Shown here piece by piece: positions 51,250-64,000 of a stretch of 64,000 nucleotides of DNA (positions within the stretch are counted from its first letter, which is position 1; the number at the start of each line of letters is the position of its first letter). Position numbers and translations under genes: made by a program. The notes under the pieces were generated by a model. That model searched no databases and was not told the origin of the DNA. It saw nothing but the letters and a program-made list of their open reading frames with translations. This DNA is from Octopus vulgaris. Its lineage: Eukaryota. Where the stretch lies: contig OX597818.1 of NCBI GenBank assembly GCA_951406725.2, positions 15,996,001 through 16,060,000 of the forward strand, written 5' to 3'.

Positions 51250-54200
51250 GCAACAAGACGGGTAAGGGGGATTAGGTGATGGTCTAGGGCATAGGGGCGG
51301 GAGACCCCAGACCTTGGGAAAAAAAAAAACTTTGGTCGTCTTGTTGTAGTCAAGGGCTCTTCGTTGATGCCCAACATAACTGGGAGGTGGTCCTCGAAGT
51401 CGCTAGAAATGGAGATCTCCAGGTCCAAATTCTTGAATGGCAGTTAGAGCTGGTGTTGTATTTGGGGTAACCCTTTACACGAAGATCTCAAATAAACACA
51501 CCCAGGAAGCAAATCCTGTAAAAAAAATTATTCTCATTCTTTGCAATGATGACAACAATTTCAAACCCAAATAACGGCATGAACGAGAAGACTTCCTGGA
51601 TGTCCAAGACACCAGATCTCCTGCATCTGGCAGGGGCTCCTCAGAGAGTAATGGAATGGAAGACCAAATTCCACTGGTCAAAATATGTAACATGCTTGCA
51701 AACACAAGTGACCTGTTGATATGAACAAAAAGGCAATTCAGTGTCATGAACAAGCCTTGCTAGACAAGAACAATGGCAATTGTAAAGATGTTGGAAAAAG
51801 ATCATTAGAACTTTGGAACCAGCTGGGTATGTTCCAGATTACTGGAAATGGGCTCATGAATAAGATAAGAATAATTCAAAATAGAAGCTTTCTTAATGAG
51901 GCCCAGATTCAGACAATCAGGAAAAGCCTCTGTAGTGGCGATAACCTCGAGGAGAATGTAGGTGAAGATCAGCAAATGCTAATGTAGGTGGAGTTGTAGG
52001 GGAGAGGCTGGCTAATCAATGTAATGTAGAAAACCTTGTATTACAAGAGGATATGACTGAAAAACAGAGAAACCTCAGGATAAGACTTGAGGATATAATA
52101 GTAACAAGAACAGAGACCAAGATGGTGAATTTGGGATGCTTCAACTGTAACAATGTGAAACACGTGACTCAAGAAGTTGATGAGATTCTGAAATACATTC
52201 TGATAAAAGATCTAATGGAAACAAGGGACTTGATCAGAATTGCTTCAATTTTAGTAGGTAAACTGTTTGGAAAAAAGAGAGGAAAGCAGATGGACAGAAG
52301 GATCCATGATGGAAGCGGAGAATTGAAGGCAATATTAAAACTTTGCTTAAAGATTTGAGTCACATAGAAGAATAGCCCAAAGGGCAATGGGAAAATGCTA
52401 AAAAAGGTGCAAAGGCAGTGCAACACTACACTGATTGCATATTTCAGTTCCAGCACAATCGGTTATTCTCAAAGGACCAGAGGCAGTTTTTTAAGAGCTT
52501 TGGAGGAGATACAGAAGATAATATACCCCCTGAAGCAGAGGAAACCTGCCAGTTTTGGAATAACATCTGGGGGCAAGAAGTTTCTCACAACCACAGTGCT
52601 AAGTGGATTCATTCTGTGAGATCCAAACTCCATCACCTGGAGGCTCCATGACAGGACCATATGCGCATAACAATGGAAGATGTAATTGCACAGGTATCAA
52701 AACTGTCAAACTGGAAAGTAGCAGGACCTGACTGATTTCAAGGCTACTGGCTCAAGTGGTTTAGGTCAATACATTAGGAAATTGTGTAGACAGTTGCCTA
52801 GAGTGGTGCAGTTCTGGAGTGGATTATAGAGGGAAAGACAACGTTGATGAAAGATCAGTCAAAGGGCAATGAAGTTGACAATTACCAACCCATTGCTTGT
52901 CTTAACCTCCTATGGAAAGTGTTAACAGGCATCCTCACAGGGAAAATATATATGATCCTTGTGGAAAGCAATCTACTTCCAGTAGATCAAAAGGGATGCC
53001 ATAAAGGACCACCTTGTGATAGACAAGGTCGTAAAGAACTGTTAATGGTACCAAAAAAACTTGTGCATGGCCTGGATAGACTTTAAAAAGGTTAACAATA
53101 TGTTGCCACACTTGTGGATTTTGGAAACACTTGACGTGTGGAATAGCTGAGAGCATGTGTGAATCCCTAGTTAAAAAAACACGTCTTTTCTGTAATAATC
53201 AGCACTTAGCTGAGGTAACAATCAAAAGAGGCATCTTCAAGGGAAACTCTTGTTCACCTTTGTTATTTCTTATAGCTTTGATCCCATTTTCTGTAGTCCT
53301 ACGCAAAGTCAATGTGCACTATGAGCTGAGAAAGAACGGACCTCATCTCAACCACCTTCTCTTCATGGGTGATTTAAAACTGTTTGCAAAAACAGAGCTT
53401 GAAATGGAGAGGTTAGTTGAGACTGTGCAGATGTGCAGCAAGGATATAGGAATGGAATTTGGTATCTCGAAGTGTGCGGTGCTCATTTTGAAATGGGGGA
53501 AAAGAGCAAATTGTAAGGGCATAGAATTGCCAAACGGAGAGAGAATGGAAGACCCAGATGATGAGGGATACAAGTACCTTGGGATCCTGGAGCTGGATAA
53601 TATCCTGAATATCTTGGAAAGATAAATGAAAGACAAAGTCATCAATGCATATTTCAAGTGCCTCAAACTTCTCTTGAAATCAAAACTCAACTCAAGGAAT
53701 CTTGTCGCTGCCATCAACATATGAGCTATTGCTGTAGTCTGCTATAGTGCACCCATCCTGAAATGGTTACAAGCAGAGATTAACCAACTCGATTGCACTA
53801 CCCAAAAGACAATGACAGTGCGTGGTGCCTTCCATCCTAAGGCGAATGTACACAGGCTCTACCTGAAGTGGGGTAAAAGTGGATATGGGCTGATTAGCAT
53901 ATGGTAGCGCATCAACAGTAAAAGAAGGATATTTGGTAATCAATAAACAAGACTGCCTACAGTATGCTGCTAATGCAGAAGGATTTACCAAAAATGGACT
54001 TGAGAATGCTCTTGAATTCCAATCACGAACAGCCAAGAAGAGAGAAGAAACTCTACCCTGCATGGAATAACATGGTCAGTTCCACCATGAAACTAACAAA
54101 TTAAAAGACCTGGAACCATCATGGAGGTGGCTTAGCAAGGCTGACCTATAAAAGAAAACTGAAAGCCAAATCATCGCTGCCCAGGGTTAGGCATTGAATA

Positions 54201-54401
54201 CCAACTCAGTGAAAAGGGATATATACCACACAAGTGCAGTGAATCTCTGCAGAATGTGTGGGAAGAGGATTGAAAGTGTGGCTTTCAAGTGCTTTGTTAG
54301 TGCTTGTGAAAGTCTTGTAACTTAGTAGTTAGCCATATTGAGATGGCAAATTGTCGTGCAGTTACTGTTTATACCTCGTTCAGAGATTGATTATTAAAAT
54401 T

Positions 54402-54432
<31 letters not shown>

Positions 54433-54550
54433 TAATAATAAAATAATAATAATAATAATAATAAAATTATAATAATAATAATAATAAAATTATAATAATA
54501 ACAATAATAATAAAATAATAATAATAATAATAATAATTATTATTATTATT
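51250..54550 (+). mobile_element. Decayed Dong/R4-like (restriction-like endonuclease) LINE with (TAA)n 3' tract
   Basis: NWKVAGPD..QGYWLK, NYQPIACLNLLWKVLTGI, QKGC, AWIDFKK, IKRGIFKG..SPLLF, LNHLLFMGDLKLF, DIGMEFGISKC, YKYLGILE, CRMC zinc-knuckle start. Many stops. The 5' boundary is approximate. Confidence 0.85.
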
Positions 54551-55033
54551 CTTTCAAATGTTGGCACAAGGCAAGTAATGATATTAGTGCATTTGGTATT
54601 TTGGGAAAATTATCATGTTAGAATTTGTAATTTCAATTTGTCATCTTAAATTAAGAGATTAACATTGCAAAAAACTGCATTCCTTAAAACTAGGCTTTCA
54701 GAACCAGAAAATACTTTTATCTTTCACCAATTGTTTTACTAAATTCTCAAGTGTTGATCTCATATGTAGGATGGTGTTGCTACTACAGTAAAAATAAAAG
54801 GAAGAAAAGAAAGAGGAAGGGAGAGATATACTATTGCATAATAGTTTTGTACTATAATCTTTCTGTTGAGTTCATTACCCTAGATACTTGCCTACATAAT
54901 GTCAACATGGATCTAAGTTTCATTGAAGCACAAATGGAATTCCCTTGAAACATATTTATATTACTGTCCTTATTGTCATTTTAGGTATCATCTTTGATGA
55001 GAGGAGAAATAATTGTTATGAAGTAAACTGTTT

Positions 55034-55450
55034 ACTCTCTTTTACTCTTTTACTTGTTTCAGTCATTTGACTGTGGCCATGCTGGAGCACTGCCTTTAGT
55101 CGAGCAAATCGGCCCCAGGACTTATTCTTTGTAAGCCTAGTACTTATTCTATCGGTCTCTTTTGCCGAACTGCTAAGTTACAGGGATGTAAACACACCAG
55201 CATCAGTTGTCAAGCGATGTTGGGAGGGGGGCAAACACAGACACATAAACATACACACACACACAAACATGTATATATATACATATATACGACGGGCTTC
55301 TTTCAGTTTCTGTCTACCAAATCCACTCACAAGGCTTTGGTCGGCCCGAGGCTATAGTAGAAGACACTTGCCCAAGGTGCAATGCAGTGGGACTGAACCC
55401 GGAACCATGTGGTTCATAAGCAAGCTACTTACCACACAGCCACTCCTACA
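55034..55450 (-). mobile_element. Family C SINE (full length)
   Basis: Reverse complement of 3783-4207. Confidence 0.8.
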
Positions 55451-56471
55451 CCTGTTTGTTTAACTAATATTTAGTTTAACTGTAATATTTAACTTCAGTT
55501 TACAAGACATAAGTGTAAAAGTGTATTAACTTTTATTGCAAATGATGGCTTCCATTTTTCAACCAAAGTATACCACAAGGTACTGCGACCAGTACTATAA
55601 CACTTTTGTTACCGTATCTCTCTGAAGATAGTTGCCTCAAGAAGTTGTGTATGAATGAAGACAGTTGCCTCAATAAAAAATCTTAACATTCTTCATTTTT
55701 CTTCTACTTTTGTGACTAAATATATTTGAGATGGTTGGGATTTTTTTTATCTCCTTGGCTCAGTCAGAAGAGGAAGAACAGTACCCAGAACCCTTTTCAA
55801 GGCTGCAGTGACTAGTGGTAGGAAATTATCCTGGTTTGGATGCTTTTAACATAGTTGATCCTACTAAAGGTACTTGAAGTCCTGGTGCTGGTGTTAAACT
55901 GAGTAATGTATTAATTAGGTCTACCAATCAATCAATATATAATATAAAATAACCTTAAAATAGAAAGATCTACCATTTTCTAATGCTTTCTGAGATAGCC
56001 ACAGTCTCTTTCTCGATTGTTCAGTGTGAGAAAGGGTTCTGGAGAAGGATTACTGGTAAGTTCACTGCCATCAGTTCACTGTGAAGAAATTTCACTGTGA
56101 GGAAAGTTTACCAAGAAAATATATCCATAGTATCTCACCATTAATTGTTAAAAACTATTTTATTACATAAAAAAAAAAAAAGTTGTGAATTTACAATGAT
56201 GAACTTTTCTTGAAGTGAATTGGTGATTACTGGACATGCTGCAGAAGAAAGCAAGCAATTTTATTACTCAATGTTAATTGAGGAATGACACTCAAACTTG
56301 TAGTTCCAGAAGCATTGGTCTTAACATGTTGTGAAACATCAGGTGAGATAGATGAAGGAGACTGGCATTAACTATTAAAAATTTAAGCAGTTGAATAGCT
56401 TTAACATATCTTCTCAAAATGGAACTGTATAATTTAGTAGGAGTTAAATTAGTCCCAAGAAAGGAGACATA

Positions 56472-56930
56472 CCGTAAATCCTCAAGTATAATCCGCATTT
56501 TTTTCCCCAAATTTAATGGTCAAAATCCCTAGTGCGTACTATATACAAGGTTAAAAATGAAAGTTATTTTCTAAGCAATTTCCGAGTCTCTATTTGCTGT
56601 CTGGCAATGTTTATTCAGACGCATTTTGTAATATTGTGCGCGAAAATACTTTAAGCTAAACCTGAAAACAATGAAGTCATAAAAGAATCATCCATAATTA
56701 GCAGTAAGCAACATTTATTAAACGTTATTACTGTTATTACTGTTATTTCTTTATTTTCTGCAAACAAAATGCACAAAAAAGCTACATGTTTGCATTATGT
56801 TATATATACAATAATAATAAAGGATGTTGCCATATACATTTTTACAAACCAAGGATGTTATATAGACCTCCTTGACTCAAATTAGAGAAGGGGTGCGTAT
56901 TTTACAGGTTTTTCAGAGGTACAGCCCCCT
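56472..56930. mobile_element. pogo/Tigger-like non-autonomous element fragment
   Basis: TA|CCGTAAATCCTCAAGTATAATCCGCA terminus with GTGCGTA subterminal repeats. The right end is incomplete. Confidence 0.5.
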
Positions 56931-57308
56931 AAACAAAAATGCTTTATGATATTTGTTATAGATCTTTACAATCTGATTTCTAATCCTGTCGAGGTCAACT
57001 TTGCTTTCATTTTCTGGGGTTGGTAAAATAAAGTAATAATCTAGTACTCAGTTCAGTGTGATCAGTTAATCCCACACTCGTCTGATCATGTGCCTGAATT
57101 AGAAACAATTAGTGAAAAATAATTACTTCCTTATGTCAGCCAGTTTTATCATCTTAATTAATTATCCTTTTTTGCATTGGCAGCATTAGGCAAATATTCA
57201 TTTTCTTTTATGCGTTTTTTTTTTTTAATGTCCTCCTTTTCTATACTTCCATGGTTTGGACAGAATTTTCTTGAGACAGATTTTTCTATGGTTAAATAAT
57301 GCTCTTTG

Positions 57309-57541
57309 TTATTTCTTTATTGCCCACAAGGGGCTAAACATAGAGGGGATAAACAAGGACAGACAAGGGGATTAAGTTGATTACATTTACTCCAGTACAT
57401 AACTGGTACTTAATTTATTGACCCTGAAAGGATGAAAAGCAAAGTCGACTTCGGCGGAATTTGAACTCAGAATGTAATGGCAGATGAAATACCGCTAAGC
57501 ATTTCGCCCAGCGTGCTAACGTTTCTGCCAGCTCGCTGCCT
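57309..57541 (-). mobile_element. Family A SINE (full length)
   Basis: Matches 1993-2180 and 11837-12454. Flanked by TGCTCTTT. Confidence 0.8.
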
Positions 57542-57599
57542 TGCTCTTTCTGTCACTAATCCTCACCTATAGAAACCCTTACTATTAATATTTTGTGAA

Positions 57600-58460
57600 C
57601 ATCCCTTTTCTATCAATGACCTCCTGATATCTGTTACCACAGGACTGAATTAATTTCTATAGGGTTGAGATCGGGACTTTGAGGTGGCCACTCCATGAGA
57701 TCAACGCCTTCATCACTCAAAAAAATCTTTGTCTTTTTTCAGTGTGACAGGGATCGTTGTCCTGCACAAAGATAGGAAGTTGAACTGACAAGGATCAGAG
57801 ATGTGGAAGGGCATGTTGTCTAAGAATCTGTTTGTAGATTTTCAGCATTGACAGTCTCTTGTAGGCAAATAAGTGGTCCAGGACCAGCAGGAGAGATCAC
57901 TCCCCATACCATTACATTGCCTCCTCCATATTTCATTGTCTTCTTCACACATGCATGAGATAACCTTTCACCACTTCTTTGTCGGATGTACATCCCGCCA
58001 TCAGAACCAATCACATTAAACTTTGATTCATCATTAAAATGAATTTGCGACTACTGTTCATCTGTCCAAACATGTTTGTGAGCAAAATGAAGACGGGATC
58101 TTTGATTCTTCTTGGAGATCAGTGGTTTCTTTGCTGGTGCCTGAGGAAGCAACCCAGTACCTCATAACATCTGAGAAACTGTTTTGCGGGTGGCATTGAC
58201 ATTGGAAGTGGTGCTAAACTCGCAGGATATCTCAACAGCACTCTTAAACCTATCCTTCAGTGACATTCTAACCATAATACAATCCTGTCTTGAAGTTATA
58301 TAGGCTTTACTGGTTTTGGGTTTAGTATCTGTTGATCCTGATGACTTAAAACTAGCTACAGTTCATTGCACAACATTTCTAGACCTTCCTACAGTAGCTG
58401 CTATCACAGAATTTGACTGGCCCTCATGGTGAAGGCACACAATCCATTGTTTTTCCATCA
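57600..58460 (-). pseudogene. Tc1-family transposase remnant
   Basis: HFNDESKFNVIGSDG..KYGGGNVMVWGVIS..IFVQDNDPCHT..EWPPQSPDLNPIE (DD34E motifs), frameshifted. Confidence 0.9.
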
Positions 58461-58614
58461 CAGGACACCAGTCGTCTCTCACAAGCCGCTATGTTGACAG
58501 TTGAATGTTCCAATAATGTAAGATCATAAGAAGTAACTGTTAGCCCATTAACAGGCTTCTAAACAACAAATACCTTGATTAGTAGTTCGTTTTTTGTAAG
58601 TCACCCGTAACTTA

Positions 58615-59720
58615 ATATATATATATGTATGTATATATGTAACTACATATATATGTATGTATGTATATATGTAACTACATATATATGTATGTATGTATAT
58701 ATGTAACCACATATATATATATGCATATATGTAACTACATATATATATATGTATATATGTAACTACATATATATATATGTATATATGTAACTACATATAT
58801 ATATATGTATATATGTAACTACATATATATATATGTATATATGTAACTACATATATATATATATATGTATATATGTAACTACATATATATATATATATGT
58901 ATATATGTAACTACATATATATATATGTATATATGTAACTACATATATATATATATGTATATATGTAACTACATATATATATATATATGTATATATGTAA
59001 CTACATATATATATATGTATATATGTAACTACATATATATATATATGTATATATGTAACTACATATATATATATGTATATATGTAACTACATATATATAT
59101 GTATATATGTAACTACATATATATATATGTATATATGTAACTACATATATATATATGTATATATGTAACTACATATATATATATGTATATATGTAACTAC
59201 ATATATATATATGTATATATGTAACTACATATATATATATGTATATATGTAACTACATATATATATATGTATATATGTAACTACATATATATATATGTAT
59301 ATATGTAACTACATATAAATATATGTATATATGTAACTACATATATATATATGTATATATGTAACTACATATATATATATGTATATATGTAACTACATAT
59401 ATATATATGTATATATGTAACTACATATATATATATGTATATATGTAACTACATATATATATATGTATATATGTAACTACATATATATATATGTATATAT
59501 GTAACTACATATATATATATGTATATATGTAACTACATATATATATATGTATATATGTAACTACATATATATATATGTATATATGTAACTACATATATAT
59601 ATATATGTATATATGTAACTACATATATATATGTATATATGTAACTACATATATATATATATATGTATATATGTAACAACATATATATATATATGTATAT
59701 ATGTAACAACATATATATAT
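58615..59720. repeat. Minisatellite, ~26-bp unit GTATATATGTAACTAC(AT)n
   Basis: Roughly 40 tandem units. Variant units continue at 59845-60015 and 60177-60280. Confidence 0.9.
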
Positions 59721-59811
59721 ATGTGTGTTATATATATATATATATATATGTTTTTTTTTTATATTATTTTTTTTTATATATATATATATATTATATATTT
59801 TTTTTTGTGTT

Positions 59812-59846
<35 letters not shown>

Positions 59847-61017
59847 GTGTAACTATATATATATATATATATATGTGTGTAACTATATATATATATATAT
59901 ATATGTGTGTAACTATATATATATATGTATGTGTGTAACTATATATATATATATGTATATGTGTAACTATATATATATATGTATATGTGTAACTATATAT
60001 ATATATGTATATGTGTAGTGGTTGGCGTTAGGAAGGGCATCCAGCTGTAGAAACACTGCCAGATCTGACTGGCCTGGTGCAGCCTTCGGGCTTGCCAGAC
60101 CCCAGTTGAACCGTCCAACCCATGCTAGCATGGAAAGCGGACGTTAAATGATGATGATGATGATGATGATGATGATGTAACTATATATATGTATATATGT
60201 AACTATATATATATGTATATATGTAACTATATATATATGTATATATGTAACTATATATATATGTATATATGTAACTATATATATATATATATATATATAA
60301 CTGCTTATTTAACTGAAACTGCCCAAATATTTTCTTTTTTTTTTTATTTATTAATTCAGAAAGGAAAATAAATGTTCATAACCTGTTGGAATTCAATGCC
60401 TTGGGTGTGGAAAAGTGACATCACATGATTGAATTAAATTACAGAAATTAAAGCTCATACAGTTGACTTGATCTAAGTGCTAATGAGAGTGCCTTGTATC
60501 TTATGATACTAAAGTACCCTATGTTATTATGATGTATTTGTTCACTCACAACAATTTGACCAAGATAATGGAGAAAAGGGAAAGCAATGTTAGGATGGAT
60601 GTGTGAAGGTTGTATTGCATAAAACTTTCATGGGAAAACTGAGACCTGACAGACTTCCTGAATGGCACACCTAACAAACAATTACCATGACCTTTTTTTA
60701 ATAGTGCAGCCTGGCAGATGATGTGTTATGTTTCGTGTGACCCACTTCTCAAAAAAACAAAAAGAAAGGTTCCCATGCTTGCCATAAAGTGCCATCTACT
60801 CTTTTGGATGTTTCAGTTATATGACTGTGGCCATGCTGGGCAGCACCTTAAAGGGCCTTCAGTCAAAGAAATCAATCCCAGTACTTATTCTTTGTAAGCC
60901 TAGTATTTATTCTATTGGTCTTCTTTTGCCAAACTGCTAAGTTATGGGGGACATAAGCACACCAGTAGCAATGGTGGTGGGGAGACAAACACACACACAT
61001 ACATAAATATATATACA

Positions 61018-61064
<47 letters not shown>

Positions 61065-61377
61065 TAAAAAAATAAGCAACAAGAAAGAATCCAGTAATAT
61101 GTAGTATGAAACAATTGTACTAAATTACCGGATTCATTCTTGTTGCTTATTTTTTTATTATAATCACCCCACATTTTTATGGGTAACACCATACAAAATT
61201 CTGGGGCATCTAAATTAAGTACCATATTCATTTGAATCTAAGTTGATGCTTCCAGTTTAGGGTGGCACATACAGTGACCAGATAATCGCAGCCATCTTTG
61301 CCTGATCGTCTTGTTAACTTTGAGTAAGTCTCCATAAAGGTATTCATTATAAAACTTATTGATGCTTTAAAAATTTA

Positions 61378-62289
61378 TGAGGTGGTATCAAAAGAGTTCC
61401 CGGACTTGTTATGTTTAATAAAAAATAACTTAGTTACCTAATTTTTAACATCATTGCCTTCGAAATAGTAACTTTGCACAACAATACATCAGTCCCAGTG
61501 TTCCTGCCATGTTTGAAATCTGGCCTGGAAGTCATTTTTGATTTGCACTTCATCTCAACAACTGTGTTAAAATAGCATCCTTTGAGCTGCATTTTCGTCT
61601 TGGGGAAAAGATGGAACACTGCAGGTGGGTGCTAAATCTGGCTAATAGGGTGGGTGCAGAGGTGACACCATGTTTTTGGTGAGAGTGAGGGGAGCTCAGT
61701 GACAGGGTGCATTCCCTCGACTATTTCAAAATGTCATTGTCCTCCAATGAGGACAAGCTAATGAATTTTCTCCACCTTTCCAGGGGTGTTGCTTGTGGCG
61801 GGTCTTCCACTTTTGAAGTGCCTCTGCCACTCAAACATTGCATACGACCCATCGCCTTGTCGCTGTAAGCTTTCCGAAGTATGTTCAATGCCTCTGTAGC
61901 AGACTTCCCAAGATTAATGCAAAATTTCATATTGGCTCTTTGTTCCAACTTTCTGTCCATGACAAAAATCACAGGCTACAACATACACGTGATTACATCA
62001 TCATCATCGTAAAACGTCCGCTTTCCATGCTAGCATGGGTTGGACGATTTGACTGAGGACTGGCGAACCAGATTGCTGCACTGGGCTCCAGTCTTGATCT
62101 GGCAGAGTTTTTACAGCTGGATGTTCTTCCTAACGCCAACCACTCCGAGAGTGTAGTGGGTACACAAATTTCAGAACTTGGGAAGCCACTCATGAAAGTC
62201 ACTGCTAGCTCTCACTACGCATGCAGCTGTGTGCTGCCATCTGTTGGCATGCTACAGAACTAGTTCAGGAACTTTTTGGTACCACCTCG
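61378..62289 (-). mobile_element. Internally deleted mariner element interrupted by an RTE tail (61996-62160)
   Basis: TA-flanked TIRs TGAGGTGGTATCAAAAGAGTTCC / GGAACTTTTTGGTACCACCTCG. Encodes MDRKLEQRANMKFCINLGKSATE (HTH) and DLAP..FHLFPK.K..LKG. Confidence 0.85.
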
Positions 62290-62930
62290 TACAGCTCTGT
62301 TATAAGATGAAACAAAAGGGAATATAACTGGTATTAAGGTGATGTTTCTCTATTTCAAAATGAGTCAGCCAGGCCTAAGAAGACTACCTTTAATGTATTC
62401 ATTTATATAACATGTTGTCTATTTGTATATCAAGGGACTACATTTTTCAGTATAGCCTTCTACCTTTGTTGGTGGTGTTTAACCCTTTAGCATTCAGATT
62501 ACTTTGTCGAATCTAATACTTATTTATTCTCATTCTTGTGCTTATTTATTCTCTTTCTTTCTCTGAGGCACATGGTTCAGTAGTTAGAGCATCAGGCTCA
62601 CAGTTATGAGGTAGTGAGTTCGATTCCAGGTTTTATTTGATCATTCCATCCTCACTGCTGGTATTTAATTTGAGTCTTTTTGTCTTATGTTTTGTATATG
62701 TCCCTGTAAAATGTGTGTCAAGTTACATCCTATGTATAAAGGGTAACTTAGTCATTTGAAAAATAGGGATTGATAAAATGAATATTGGAATTAATTGCTT
62801 TAATAGAATGTAAATATTAAAAAAATTTGCAAAGACTGCAAGAATGGGGTGGAGGGAATGAGAACTAAGATAAATGTTTGAACAAAATGTAGTTTGTTAT
62901 TAACCATTTTTGTCTCTTTCTTTTTAACAG

Positions 62931-63075
62931 AATCCAATTTTTGTTGGAACGAAATTTATTCAAGAGAAAATAAACAAACTTTTTGAAGGAAAACCAGCCT
63001 GGCAAATTGTCCTTTTATCATGTGGCACCACAATAATGGTTATAAAGTTGCACGATTTACTTGAATCTGAAGAAC
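62931..63075 (+). CDS. SGPL1: Internal coding exon, probable sphingosine-1-phosphate lyase N-terminal/transmembrane region
   Basis: Polypyrimidine acceptor tctctttctttttaacAG, then a 145-nt open exon NPIFVGTKFIQEKINKLFEGKPAWQIVLLSCGTTIMVIKLHDLLESEE+1 nt, then donor GTGAGT. The segment N-x-x-F-x-G-K-x-x-WQIV plus hydrophobic helix resembles the S1P lyase N-terminus (recognised from memory, not searched). Confidence 0.72.
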
Positions 63076-63337
63076 GTGAGTACTTGAGACAGTTCAATAT
63101 TTTGATTTATAACAATTATTAATGATATTTGTAATTATTAAAGTAAGTATAATTATTAATACTGTAAAAATAAAAGTAATTTTCTTATAATTGTAACATG
63201 TACGTCTATTCCCAACTAAATGAAAACATGTTAAAGTCATTTAGAAAGCATCTGCTGTCTCCTAACTCTATGGTAATACATTGAAGTCATCTAGAAAGCA
63301 TCAAAGGCAGTATTTTGTTATTTATATATTTATTTTA

Positions 63338-63372
<35 letters not shown>

Positions 63373-64000
63373 GTTATTATTATTATTATTATGTGTGAGA
63401 GAGCAGTGCATGCCATCAAAGTGACACTGGGGTCAAATATACGAAGTCCAGTATACCCATCTGATAAGGGTACACCAGGCACATGCATCACAACCATATG
63501 TGCGTAACATGGTGATCTCATATCAAGATAAACAGTGCATGACCTTGCAGGTGGGGCCCAGTTAGAATTTTCTTCTGGTCAAGTAGCCCATCCTGCTCAA
63601 AAGGTCCCTGAATCAGCATTGTTTAAGGATGTTGAACGAACCACCCCTGTTTCCAAAGGTGAATTATCCAAACCTCTAAGAATTCCTTTCAACACACGGC
63701 TATGATGCTCCCCCACTACTTCTGCTCGTGGTCAGAGATGCACATATCGTCAACCACTAAAAGACATGGTCAACTGGTTAAGGTCAAACAACTGACAAGC
63801 AAATCTGTGATATTGAGCAGAATATTTGCTGTAGCCCATCTTTTATACTAAGACAAAACAATGTACATGATAACATTTCCAATCAGTTAAGATCAGAAGC
63901 TATGAGAGCCACTGCCTGGTACTGCATCAGGGCATTTATCATCATCATCGTCACTGGCGGCGGCATTATTATTATTATTCATTAGTCTTATTTTTATCAT

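Noticed and set aside
58865-60371. Repetitive [10 protein letters not shown] ORFs; CRISPR-like periodicity
   Set aside because: This is a simple minisatellite with no unique spacers and no cas genes, in a eukaryotic context.

Overview
AT-rich, microsatellite-laden eukaryotic DNA. The repeat families look like those of an octopod cephalopod (inference). Most of the window is transposon debris: tRNA-derived SINEs, RTE, CR1 and Dong/R4 LINE fragments, Penelope-like (GIY-YIG) remnants, Helitrons, MULE/hAT/Tc1-mariner elements, a solo LTR and many foldbacks. The only well-supported host gene is the 5' part of a probable sphingosine-1-phosphate lyase gene on the + strand, with a coding exon at 62931-63075 and a candidate first coding exon at 33715-33750 (intron ~29 kb). 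The most striking unannotated signal is about ten type-I hammerhead-ribozyme-like motifs from several unrelated repeat families. Many sit in inverted repeats, several have a non-canonical CCGANGA core, and one lies just 3' of a Penelope GIY-YIG ORF. Most ORFs in the supplied track are microsatellite or SINE artefacts. Coordinates were counted by eye and may be off by a few bases.
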